A stretch of 64,000 nucleotides of DNA, taken from positions 1-64,000 of the forward strand of contig JAXSPP010000005.1 of NCBI GenBank assembly GCA_037927135.1, read 5' to 3'. Position numbers and translations under genes: made by a program. This DNA comes from Candidatus Pampinifervens sinense. Lineage in GTDB: Bacteria; Aquificota; Aquificia; Aquificales; Aquificaceae. This document shows, in pieces, positions 52,229 to 60,934 of this stretch (within the stretch, counting starts at the first letter, position 1; each line of letters begins with the position of its first letter). The notes beneath the pieces are model-generated. The model was not told the origin of the DNA. It ran no database searches and worked only from the letters and a program-made list of their open reading frames with translations.

Positions 52229-53599
52229 CTATCGGACCAGATTAATAGTGTCTTCAAGCACCGTATTTGAAGAGGTTATTACTCTTGTGTTTGCCTGATA
52301 GGCTCTTTGTGCCGATATCAAGTTTATGAACTCAGAAGCTATATCCACATTGGACATTTCAAGCATTCCAGACCTTATCTTTTCCGCACCACCAGGGGTC
52401 ATTATAGTGGGCGTGGAGATGGATGTGTAAAGATTAGCACCCTTTTTAATAAGCTCTTCTGGATCAGGAAAGACAGCGATGGCAACCCTGTATAGAGGTA
52501 AAGATTTTCCGTTGGAGTATACACCTACTACCGCTCCATCTTCAGAAAGGATGTAGACATCTACCAGATCACCCTTTTGATAGCCATTTTGTTCTGCTGT
52601 AACAGTAAAATCTGCAGAGTATTGCGTTATGTAAGAGTTTGGTATGGGATCTCCAGCGTTAACAACTACAAACTGAGGAGATTCTCCTACGTATATCCTC
52701 CAAGCGTTGGCTGGAGGAAAGCTACCACCACTGGGTGTGGAAGGTGGAATGTTTAAATAAGTAGGATTAAGATAGTAATAATAGCTTTTACCGTCTGGAG
52801 AGGGCTCTCTCGTTATCACGTTGCCATCGTATATTAGACTACCAGAACTATCAAACTGTACATTGGTCCAATTTCCGGTGAGTTCATAGCCGGGTGTATT
52901 TGGATCTATATCCGACCTTAGGTATATATCCCACGTGTTAGTTGCAGTCTTTCTAAAGAATATGTCCGCTTGGTATGGTGTTCCCAAGCTATCGTATATG
53001 GTTATGGTGTATTTATAGTTGTAGCTTGCTGGATTGTTTGGATCAAAGGTTCCCTGTGGAATTCCAGCATTAGCGTTAAGGTTTGTAGGGCCAAGAAACC
53101 TTATTTGACTTGTTGCTTTTGGTGAAAGCTGTGGCACCACATGTACATCTTCAAGACCTGTGCCTACAATTTTACCCTTCTCGTCTATTCTAAACCCTTG
53201 AAGTTTAAGACCACCAGAGTTTACCATGAACCCATCCCTGCTTAGCCTAAATTGGCCATCCCTTGTATAGTAGTACACATTGGCAATAGGATCTTTCAGT
53301 ATAAAGAGACCCCTTCCCTGAATGGCTAAGTCTGTATTTATTCCCGTCTGTTTGAAGTTTCCTATAGTCCAAAGTTTTTGCGAACTGTCCACAACAATAC
53401 CAGCACCATAAGTTGTAGACTTCATAGTATTCGTTACCGTGTTCAATCCTATGGTTACAGAGGATATCACATCCTGAAAGATGGGCCTACTACCCTTAAA
53501 GCCTATAGTGTTTACGTTTGCTAAGTTGTCCGCCGTTATGTCCATCCATGTCCTGTAAGCATTGAGACCAGTTACCGCATTAAAAAAACTCCTCATCAT
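52229..53599 (-). CDS. flgE: flagellar hook protein
   Basis: DNLANVNTIGFK, YTRDGQF, LEMSNVD...QRAYQAN. Confidence 0.93.
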   Translation of the reverse strand: MMRSFFNAVTGLNAYRTWMDITADNLANVNTIGFKGSRPIFQDVISSVTIGLNTVTNTMKSTTYGAGIVVDSSQKLWTIGNFKQTGINTDLAIQGRGLFILKDPIANVYYYTRDGQFRLSRDGFMVNSGGLKLQGFRIDEKGKIVGTGLEDVHVVPQLSPKATSQIRFLGPTNLNANAGIPQGTFDPNNPASYNYKYTITIYDSLGTPYQADIFFRKTATNTWDIYLRSDIDPNTPGYELTGNWTNVQFDSSGSLIYDGNVITREPSPDGKSYYYYLNPTYLNIPPSTPSGGSFPPANAWRIYVGESPQFVVVNAGDPIPNSYITQYSADFTVTAEQNGYQKGDLVDVYILSEDGAVVGVYSNGKSLPLYRVAIAVFPDPEELIKKGANLYTSISTPTIMTPGGAEKIRSGMLEMSNVDIASEFINLISAQRAYQANTRVITSSNTVLEDTINLVR

Positions 53600-53600
53600 G

Positions 53601-54248
53601 TTATACCCCTCCTACGTATATTAGCCTTGAAGGAGAGACAAGCTCCCCATTTTCAAGCTCAAAAAGAAGCTCACCATTTAGCACACTTATAGCTTTTACC
53701 TTGCTTAAATATCCAAGGCTTATCCCTTCCACCGGAAGGCCACCTTTAACAAGCCTTATCTCAAACTGTCCCTTCGGAAGCTGGCTTATGTCAATGGGGT
53801 TTAAACCTTTATTTATATCAAGGCTTACCTCCTTTATGACATCCTCACCGTCCATGATTCTAAGGGTTGCACCCTTTATCTCTTCAGAAGAGATAAGGTA
53901 ATACATTCCACCCTTTATGGTATCCAGCTTGTCTGTGGAGAAGACAAGCTCTTTACCTACAAGGCTGATGCCCGAAAGGAGGGTGATCTGATTGAACCAC
54001 CCTTTTAGGCTTTCTATAAACATCTTCATATCGTTCATGTACCTTATTTGGTTCAATCTTGTCATGTCTTCTAACATCTTTGAAAGGTCTTGTGGTTGAA
54101 AAGGATCCTGATACTTTAAGGTCTCCATGTATATCTTTAGAAAGTCCTCTGGAGATAGGTTGTCCACACCTTGTGTGTAGCTCTTTGGAAGGATCTTTGG
54201 CTCTTGTGGCCTTATATTGTATGGATCTGCTGTCTTCACAAAGGCCAT
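53601..54248 (-). CDS. flgD: flagellar hook capping protein
   Basis: DFLKI...LKYQDPFQP motif; immediately upstream of flgE; SD GGGGAGG before ATG 54248. Confidence 0.85.
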   Translation of the reverse strand: MAFVKTADPYNIRPQEPKILPKSYTQGVDNLSPEDFLKIYMETLKYQDPFQPQDLSKMLEDMTRLNQIRYMNDMKMFIESLKGWFNQITLLSGISLVGKELVFSTDKLDTIKGGMYYLISSEEIKGATLRIMDGEDVIKEVSLDINKGLNPIDISQLPKGQFEIRLVKGGLPVEGISLGYLSKVKAISVLNGELLFELENGELVSPSRLIYVGGV

Positions 54249-54249
54249 C

Positions 54250-54492
54250 TTAACTCCTCCCCCTTTGCTTTTCAAGTTCTTCCGCCAATATCTGTGCAAA
54301 GCTCTTACCTTGGTCTTTCTCTAGCTGAAGAGACCCTTTCAGATCGTACACCCTCTGCTCTTTTTTAATAATGATCTGATCTCCTTTTACCTCAATCCTT
54401 ACAAGATCTCCCTCCTTCAGGCCCAACCTCTTCCTCACATCACTGGGCAAGGCTATGAGCCCCCTCGCCATAACCTTTACCAACTCATCCAT
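54250..54492 (-). CDS. AbrB/MazE/SpoVT-family DNA-binding protein
   Basis: ARGLIALPSDVRKRLGLKEGD.V.I swapped-hairpin pattern. Confidence 0.85.
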   Translation of the reverse strand: MDELVKVMARGLIALPSDVRKRLGLKEGDLVRIEVKGDQIIIKKEQRVYDLKGSLQLEKDQGKSFAQILAEELEKQRGRS

Positions 54493-54499
54493 ACTTTTG

Positions 54500-54563
54500 A
54501 TTATATAACCTTTATGGAAAATGTCAAGTGTCTCTAAAATGTCAAACATTTTCTATATGTCAA
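54500..54563 (-). promoter_or_regulatory. consensus promoter of the abrB-flgD-flgE unit with three 18-bp-phased ATGTCAA repeats
   Basis: - strand TTGACA-N16-TATAAT; ATGTCAA at 54521, 54539 and 54557. Confidence 0.7.
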
Positions 54564-54612
54564 TATAAAAATAAACCATTCTACAGTGCCAATGCTGTAT
54601 AATTCTTTACCT

Positions 54613-56196
54613 ATGAGACTTGAGCCAACAAAGAAACCACTTACTGTAAAGGATTTTGATGAACAAAGAGTGGGCTTTTGTGCAGGCTGTGGCTGTGGCT
54701 GTGGCTATATACTCTATCTAAAGGATGGCAAAGTGGTAGACCTCTATGGCCACCCTTCAGACAGAAGGGGTGTGGGCAGCTTTTGCACAAAGGGTATAAC
54801 CTATATACAGGGTGTCTATAAGAATCCTCTCAGGCTCAAAGGTGCTTTTGTTAAAAAGGAAGAGGAGTTTAATCCTGTAGATGTATCCTATGCATTAGAT
54901 CTGCTAAAAGAGAGGCTTTTGAAGGGGAAAACTGCCTTTCTCCTTGGAAGGTACGCTGGACTTGAGGAGTATATTTTGGCAAGAGAAATAACGGAGGATG
55001 TTTTTGTTGATGCCCCTGTGGTGGATTTTCTGCCTTCAAGCCTTCATCCTACCCAATGGAAAAACTTAAAGTTTATCCTCTCAGTGGATGCAGAGCCTGT
55101 CTTTTCAGAGGTCATGACAAGCCGTTGGATTGTAGACGCTTTAGAATCTGGTGCTTATCTTTTCTGCCTTTCCAGTAGGTATGAAACTGTATGTGCTAAG
55201 GCAAAGGAGAGGAGACTGTTAAAGCCAGACCTTATGATGGACTTTTTGGAGGCGCTTTTGGAGCCAGAAAAGAAGGAAGATAGAATAGAGTTTGTAAAAA
55301 GGAGCTTGTATCTGCTTAGGGGTTCTCTTCTTTTGGTAGGTGCGCACCTGCTCAACTCTCCTTTTGAAAAGAAGGTGATCGGGCTTTTGTCTAAACTGAG
55401 GAATAAGTATAAGGTAAACTATAGCTTTGTTGGTGATGTTATGCCCTTTTCCGCAAAAAGCCTAAGGGAGTTTTTTGAAAGGTTTGAGGAGTTTGATAAC
55501 CTTGTGGTTATTGGAAACCTGTTTAGATACTTTAGAGAAGAGCATCTTAAAGCCCTTGAAAAGAAGTTTGTTGTAAGTTTTCAAGTTTTCCCAAACATAA
55601 CGGCCCATCATTCTCATCTTATCTTTGCCAGCACCATGTTCTATGAGAGGGACTTTATAAACTATAGGCATGGCTTTGGCTATCTTGTTTATTCTCCAAA
55701 GGCTGTGGACCCCGAGGATGGCATATACAATCCATATTTCATCCTCTCTTCCCTCTTTTCTAAAAAGGTTGACCTGGATGCTTTTTTAGGGGAGATGGGT
55801 GTGGATATGAAGACCTTAAAGGAAGAGGGGGAAGTTCAAATTGAAGGAAGGGACATAAGCTTGGTGGAGGTGGAAGAAGGTCAAACACCAAGGGCGGAGC
55901 TTTTCCTTTATACAGACTCCACGCTGGTGGAAGACTTGGGCCATTGGAATCCATGGACCCATGATATAGAAAGGATTCAAAGGGCATACATAAACCCTCA
56001 AACGGCCAAAAGACTAGGCCTAAAGCAAAGCATAGATATAAATGGAATAAGCTTTGAGATTCAAACCACTGAAAACGTGGCTGAGGGTGTAGTGTTTGTA
56101 TCATCTGAGTATGAGGAGTTTCAACCCTTTGACCCTGGCCACAGGGTAGGAGCCTTTACCAAAAGGCCTTATCATCGTTATGAGGTACTGCTATGA
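54613..56196 (+). CDS. molybdopterin-oxidoreductase-family protein (short, degenerate)
   Basis: N-terminal CxxCxxxC...FCTKG 4Fe-4S motif, NPLRL, C-terminal INPQTAKRLGL domain IV. Confidence 0.75.
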   Translation: MRLEPTKKPLTVKDFDEQRVGFCAGCGCGCGYILYLKDGKVVDLYGHPSDRRGVGSFCTKGITYIQGVYKNPLRLKGAFVKKEEEFNPVDVSYALDLLKERLLKGKTAFLLGRYAGLEEYILAREITEDVFVDAPVVDFLPSSLHPTQWKNLKFILSVDAEPVFSEVMTSRWIVDALESGAYLFCLSSRYETVCAKAKERRLLKPDLMMDFLEALLEPEKKEDRIEFVKRSLYLLRGSLLLVGAHLLNSPFEKKVIGLLSKLRNKYKVNYSFVGDVMPFSAKSLREFFERFEEFDNLVVIGNLFRYFREEHLKALEKKFVVSFQVFPNITAHHSHLIFASTMFYERDFINYRHGFGYLVYSPKAVDPEDGIYNPYFILSSLFSKKVDLDAFLGEMGVDMKTLKEEGEVQIEGRDISLVEVEEGQTPRAELFLYTDSTLVEDLGHWNPWTHDIERIQRAYINPQTAKRLGLKQSIDINGISFEIQTTENVAEGVVFVSSEYEEFQPFDPGHRVGAFTKRPYHRYEVLL

Positions 56197-56855
56197 GGGT
56201 GGGCCTATGTGAGGACAAAAGGGTAGAGGGGTTTATAGCGAGGACAATAGGGCTTGAGGAGATTGAAGGTTATAGATGTATAAGGTGGGTTGGTGGGCTT
56301 GATGTAATATTGGAAAGCCAAGAGGAGCTTGAAAGGTTTTTGGAAAAGTATGGTGAATTTGTCTATGCGTTGGGAAGGGAGGAGATGGAGGAGGTGGTAG
56401 GAAGGCTTCTAAAGGAGAGGGGTCTGAAGCTTGCCACCGCTGAGAGTTGCACTGGTGGTTTGCTTTCTGCAAGAATAGTGAACGTGCCAGGGTCTTCTGC
56501 CTACTTTGTAGGTGGCTTTGTGGTCTATGCCAATGAGCTAAAAACTAGGCTTTTGAGCGTAGAAGAGGAGGCTATAAAGAGGTATGGGGCTGTCTCTGAA
56601 GAGGTCTGTAGGCAAATGGCCGTAGGTGCCCTTGAAGAAACGGATGCGGACATCTCCCTTGCCATAACTGGTATTGCTGGACCAGGTGGTGCCACACCAG
56701 ACAAGCCTGTAGGTCTGACATATATAGGCATCGCTACCGATAGGGAGGTTATCGTAAAAAGGTTTCTCTTTAATGGCACTAGGAATGAAAACCGCTTTTT
56801 GGCTACACAATGGGCCCTTGAGATGCTAAGGCGGTATCTCTTGAAAGGGGGGTAG
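56193..56855 (+). CDS. cinA: CinA C-terminal domain / NMN deamidase PncC-like
   Basis: AESCTGG, PGSS, GAVSEE..MA.G, ITGIAGPGG, KPVG. Confidence 0.88.
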   Translation: MRVGLCEDKRVEGFIARTIGLEEIEGYRCIRWVGGLDVILESQEELERFLEKYGEFVYALGREEMEEVVGRLLKERGLKLATAESCTGGLLSARIVNVPGSSAYFVGGFVVYANELKTRLLSVEEEAIKRYGAVSEEVCRQMAVGALEETDADISLAITGIAGPGGATPDKPVGLTYIGIATDREVIVKRFLFNGTRNENRFLATQWALEMLRRYLLKGG

Positions 56856-56856
56856 T

Positions 56857-57648
56857 ATGAAAAAGATCCATCCGACGGCCATAATCAAGGGTGAAGTGGA
56901 GTTGGGTGAAGAGGTGGAGATAGGCCCCTATACCGTAATAGAGGGTACGGTGAAGATAGGCGATGGCACAAGGATAGGGGCAAGGGTTTCTATAAAGGGA
57001 AAGGTATACATAGGTGAGGGGTGTAAGATATACGATGGTGCCATAATAGGCGAGGAGCCACAGCATCTTAAGTACGCAGGGGAGGAGAGTGAGGTGATAA
57101 TAGGCAACAGGGTGATCATAAGGGAGTATGCCACCATCCATAGGGGTACTGCCCTGGATAAGCTAAAGACGGTGGTGGAAGATGATGTAATGCTTATGGC
57201 CTATGCCCATGTGGCCCATGATTGTGTGGTAAGGAGGGGTGTGATAATGGCCAACTGTGCCACTCTGGGTGGACATGTGGAGGTGGGAGAGTATGCCTTC
57301 ATAGGTGGTCTTGCCGCCGTTCACCAGTGGGCAAGGGTAGGAGCCTATGCCATGGTTGGAGGCCTTTCTGGAGTCTCTTTAGATATTCCACCTTACACCA
57401 GAGCTTCTGGTCAGCATGCCCATCTTTATGGTATAAACACGGTAGGTTTAGAAAGGAGGGGTTTTAGCAAGGAAGTTATAGCGGTGCTAAAGAGGGTCTA
57501 TAGAATACTCTTTAGAAGTTCTATGCTAAAGTCGGAGGCTATAAAGCTTGTGCTTGAGGAGTATGGCAAGTATCCTGAGGTTTTAAGGCTTGTGGAGTTC
57601 ATACAAAGTTCTAAAAGGGGTGTGGCTAGGGACGCTGGCAAAGGGTAA
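56857..57648 (+). CDS. lpxA: UDP-N-acetylglucosamine acyltransferase
   Basis: IHPTA, hexapeptide repeats, PQHLKY, IHRGT, HVAHDC. Confidence 0.95.
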   Translation: MKKIHPTAIIKGEVELGEEVEIGPYTVIEGTVKIGDGTRIGARVSIKGKVYIGEGCKIYDGAIIGEEPQHLKYAGEESEVIIGNRVIIREYATIHRGTALDKLKTVVEDDVMLMAYAHVAHDCVVRRGVIMANCATLGGHVEVGEYAFIGGLAAVHQWARVGAYAMVGGLSGVSLDIPPYTRASGQHAHLYGINTVGLERRGFSKEVIAVLKRVYRILFRSSMLKSEAIKLVLEEYGKYPEVLRLVEFIQSSKRGVARDAGKG

Positions 57649-57657
57649 AATATTATC

Positions 57658-59043
57658 ATGAGAGCTCTAGTGCTTTCTGCAGGTCTTGGCACACGCTTCA
57701 AAAGTGAAAAACCTAAAGTTATGCATCCTATCCTTGAAAAGCCTATGCTTTGGTATGTGCTGAATATACTAAAAGATCTAAACATTCAAGATATAGCCCT
57801 TGTGGTAGGGTATAAAGCGGAAGAGATAAAGGCTTACTTTGGAGAAGCCTATCAGTACTTTTATCAGTCTAATCCAAAGGGTGGAACTGGAGATGCTGTA
57901 CTTTCTGCCATAGACTTTTGGAGGGATTACGATGGCTATCTCCTTGTTATCAACGGAGACTCCCCTCTTGTGAAAAGTCAAACGATCCAGAACATGCAAA
58001 GGTATTTACATATGGTGGAGGAGTATGAAGGTATAAAGCTGAGTGCATTATTACTTTCGGCTCAGCTTCCCGACCCTACAGGCTATGGTAGGGTGGTAAA
58101 GGATCAAGAGGGGAATGTGATAAAGGTGGTAGAAGAAAAAGATGCCTCCTTTGAAGAAAAGCTGATAAAAGAGGTAAACGGAGGAGTTTACCTCTTCTAC
58201 TGTCCACATCTACTTGAGACACTCTTTAGGGTCAGTCCTAGTCCAAGGACGGGTGAGATCTATCTTACAGAGGTCTTTGGCCTTATGGCTCAAGCTGGCT
58301 ATAAGGTCAGAAGTTTCATGGCGGAAGATCCTGCAGAGATACTAGGTGTGAATACAAGGTGGGATCTGGCTATTGCGGAGAATGTGATAAGGCTTAGGAT
58401 ACTGCAAGAGTGGGCACAGAAAGGCAACACCCTCCATCAGCCTGAGAGCCTTTGGATAGGTCCGGAGGTAGTCTTAGAGGGCGATGCGGAGATATACCCA
58501 GACGTGATGCTAAAGGGGAATACGAGGATCGGTAGGGGTGTGATAATCGGAAGGGGTAGCATAATAGAGGATTCTGTTGTGGAAGATGGTGCCATAATTG
58601 AAGCCTACTCTGTCATAAGGAATTCTCATATAAAATCTGGGGCTGTGGTGGGCCCTTTTGCCCACATAAGGGACAACAGCCTAATAGGAAAGGACAGCCA
58701 TATAGGCAACTTTGTAGAGGTCAAAAAGTCCTACATTGGCGAAAGGGTAAAGGCTAAGCATCTGGCCTATATAGGGGATGCTACCATTGAAGATGATGTA
58801 AACGTGGGTGCTGGTGTAGTCTTTGCTAACTTTGATGGAAAGAAAAAGCATGAGAGCTTTGTAGGGAAGGGTGCCTTCATAGGTAGCAACTCCCTTATAG
58901 TGGCTCCAATAAGGATAGGAAGCTACTCTTTTATAGCGGGGGGTTCTGTGATTACAAGGGATGTGCCTGATGGGGACCTAGCTATAGAGAGGTCTAGAAT
59001 GAGGATTTTAAAAGGCAAAGGTAAGGAAAAACTGCTTGACTAA
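57658..59043 (+). CDS. glmU: bifunctional GlmU
   Basis: LSAGLGTRFKS..PK, GYGR, GNFVEVK, HLAYIGDA. Confidence 0.95.
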   Translation: MRALVLSAGLGTRFKSEKPKVMHPILEKPMLWYVLNILKDLNIQDIALVVGYKAEEIKAYFGEAYQYFYQSNPKGGTGDAVLSAIDFWRDYDGYLLVINGDSPLVKSQTIQNMQRYLHMVEEYEGIKLSALLLSAQLPDPTGYGRVVKDQEGNVIKVVEEKDASFEEKLIKEVNGGVYLFYCPHLLETLFRVSPSPRTGEIYLTEVFGLMAQAGYKVRSFMAEDPAEILGVNTRWDLAIAENVIRLRILQEWAQKGNTLHQPESLWIGPEVVLEGDAEIYPDVMLKGNTRIGRGVIIGRGSIIEDSVVEDGAIIEAYSVIRNSHIKSGAVVGPFAHIRDNSLIGKDSHIGNFVEVKKSYIGERVKAKHLAYIGDATIEDDVNVGAGVVFANFDGKKKHESFVGKGAFIGSNSLIVAPIRIGSYSFIAGGSVITRDVPDGDLAIERSRMRILKGKGKEKLLD

Positions 59044-59064
59044 AAGCCTATAAAGCTTTATAAT
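59036..59064 (+). promoter_or_regulatory. tRNA-Lys promoter
   Basis: TTGACT-N17-TATAAT. Confidence 0.7.
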
Positions 59065-59076
59065 AGTTAAAGCCTA

Positions 59077-59150
59077 GAGCCGGTAGCTCAGCCTGGTAGA
59101 GCAACGGACTTTTAATCCGTGGGTCGCGGGTTCAAGTCCCGCCCGGCTCA
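59077..59150 (+). tRNA. tRNA-Lys(TTT), CCA not encoded
   Basis: GAGCCGG/CCGGCTC acceptor stem, ACGGA-CTTTTAA-TCCGT anticodon arm, GGTTCAAGTCC T-arm. Confidence 0.96.
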
Positions 59151-59867
59151 TACTGCAAGCTTTTCTAGCTCTCTCCTCTTTATTATCTCAATGTAGCCCC
59201 TTTCCGCGTTTATTATGCCTTGCTTTTTCCATTTGCTCATGACCCTTATGGTGGTCTCCACCGTGGTGCCCGTCATCTCCGCAATGTCAAGCCTTGTAAG
59301 GGGCGCATCTATCACTATTACATCATCATACTTTTTACCTATCCTATCCGCTATCTCTAGAAGCACCTTAGCTATCCTCTCCTCCACTTTCCCACCCGCT
59401 ATGCTCTTCAAGGTCTCATAGCTGTGCAATAAAGTGGCTGTAGCCTCACAGGTCATCTTTATAGCTATTGCAGGATGCTTTATAGCTAAGTTTATAAAAT
59501 CCTTATTGGATATGTACAGAGTTTTGCTGTCTATCATGGCCTTTGCGCTGTAAGTGTTCTTCGGAGCCTTTTTACCCCATTCTATCCAACCAAACACATC
59601 TCCAGGGTACACAAGCCTGACTATAACTATCCTTGCATCATGGGTCTCTTTAAGAAGCTTTATAAGACCTTCCACAAGTATGTAAACGCCTGGCTCAGCC
59701 TCCTCTTCAAAAAACAGATACTCATTCCTCTTGAAGGTTTTAACCTGCATATATTTGATGGCATCTTTTAGCTCCTCTCCCGACAGATCCTCAAAAAGGG
59801 GTATCTTTTTGATCATTTCAAGCTTTAGGTCCTGAGCCTGCCTTTCTCCAAAAGCCTCTTTTGCCAT
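59148..59867 (-). CDS. Crp/Fnr-family transcriptional regulator (DNR-like, no N-terminal Cys cluster)
   Basis: cNMP-binding fold; HTH LTRLDIAEMTGTTVETTIRVM. Confidence 0.9.
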   Translation of the reverse strand: MAKEAFGERQAQDLKLEMIKKIPLFEDLSGEELKDAIKYMQVKTFKRNEYLFFEEEAEPGVYILVEGLIKLLKETHDARIVIVRLVYPGDVFGWIEWGKKAPKNTYSAKAMIDSKTLYISNKDFINLAIKHPAIAIKMTCEATATLLHSYETLKSIAGGKVEERIAKVLLEIADRIGKKYDDVIVIDAPLTRLDIAEMTGTTVETTIRVMSKWKKQGIINAERGYIEIIKRRELEKLAV

Positions 59868-60934
59868 CCCTTACCTCCTACAGTTACTTGTGGTTCAAAT
59901 ACTACATAATCGGTATGAAAGGGCACCTTATTTTTACCACCAAAGGAATGATTATCCCCGATAGCTATATGTATTGTACCTAGTATCTTTTCCGCCTCAA
60001 GAACATTATCGGGCCTTCTTGCTTTTGGATTTGTTCCAACTCCAAACTCTGCTATAAAACGGGCCCCCTCATACCTTTTGAAAACCTCCTCTAGGTAATA
60101 CCTGTAAGGTTCAAAGCCCTCCATTTCTTCAACAGCACCGTCCCTAAACTTCAAGGTTATAGGCCTCTCAAGCCTTCTATCAGGACCATAGAATATGGTA
60201 AGCCTTCCAAAGGCAGAGTTCTCAATGGGTGCCACAAAGGCCTCTCCTGCAGGCAAGTTTCCATACTGACCCCTTTGATGGAAAAGTCCTGTATCCGCTA
60301 TAGCCTTCCTGTCCTTTATAGAAAACTCTATGTCTGTCTCTTCCGCCTTCACATGCACCCATTCTGCTTCTGAGAGTATGTCTGCCACATCTTGACTTAA
60401 GCTTGCCACGTAGCTCCAGTCAACGTCCATAGGACCAAAGAACATATCCGGTTCAAAAAGGGGCATGCTTGCATACCTACAGCCAAAAACCTCTGTAAGA
60501 GTCTTTCTAAAGAAGGTATGAGTAGTTGAATAATAGGGGAAGGCTACTACCACATCAGGAACTTCATCCACATAGGCTTTAAGTATGTCAATGACCTCCG
60601 TTTCAGAATAATCCTCTTTAAACAGTACCCTTTCCAAAAGGCCCTTCTCTTTTAACTCCTCTATAGCCCTATCGCCAAAGGCCAGCCTCCATAGCTCCTC
60701 TGGTGGCTCCTTACCATGCCCCTTCAAAGAGGGATAAACGTAATGCCTTACCTCTTGAGCTATTGTCTCACCCACCTCTACAAAGTCTCCTATGAGGTCC
60801 ATAAGGTAATCCTTTTCGTCATCGGTAAAGACCAAAAGTTTTTCCCCTTCCTTTAGATCCATATTAACTTTATAGAGTTTAAGGATAGCATCTTTATACA
60901 TGGTTATTAAATAATTTATCTCATTTTCTATCAA
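59825..60934 (-). CDS. M29-like (aminopeptidase T) metallopeptidase
   Basis: GNLPAGEAF, IAEFGVGTN, EAEK..GTIHIAIGDN, HTD. Confidence 0.85.
   Translation of the reverse strand: MIENEINYLITMYKDAILKLYKVNMDLKEGEKLLVFTDDEKDYLMDLIGDFVEVGETIAQEVRHYVYPSLKGHGKEPPEELWRLAFGDRAIEELKEKGLLERVLFKEDYSETEVIDILKAYVDEVPDVVVAFPYYSTTHTFFRKTLTEVFGCRYASMPLFEPDMFFGPMDVDWSYVASLSQDVADILSEAEWVHVKAEETDIEFSIKDRKAIADTGLFHQRGQYGNLPAGEAFVAPIENSAFGRLTIFYGPDRRLERPITLKFRDGAVEEMEGFEPYRYYLEEVFKRYEGARFIAEFGVGTNPKARRPDNVLEAEKILGTIHIAIGDNHSFGGKNKVPFHTDYVVFEPQVTVGGKGWQKRLLEKGRLRT

Noticed and set aside
54685-54706. GGCTGT tandem repeat as a contingency locus
   Set aside because: In-frame hexamers encoding the GCGCGCG 4Fe-4S motif; only about three copies
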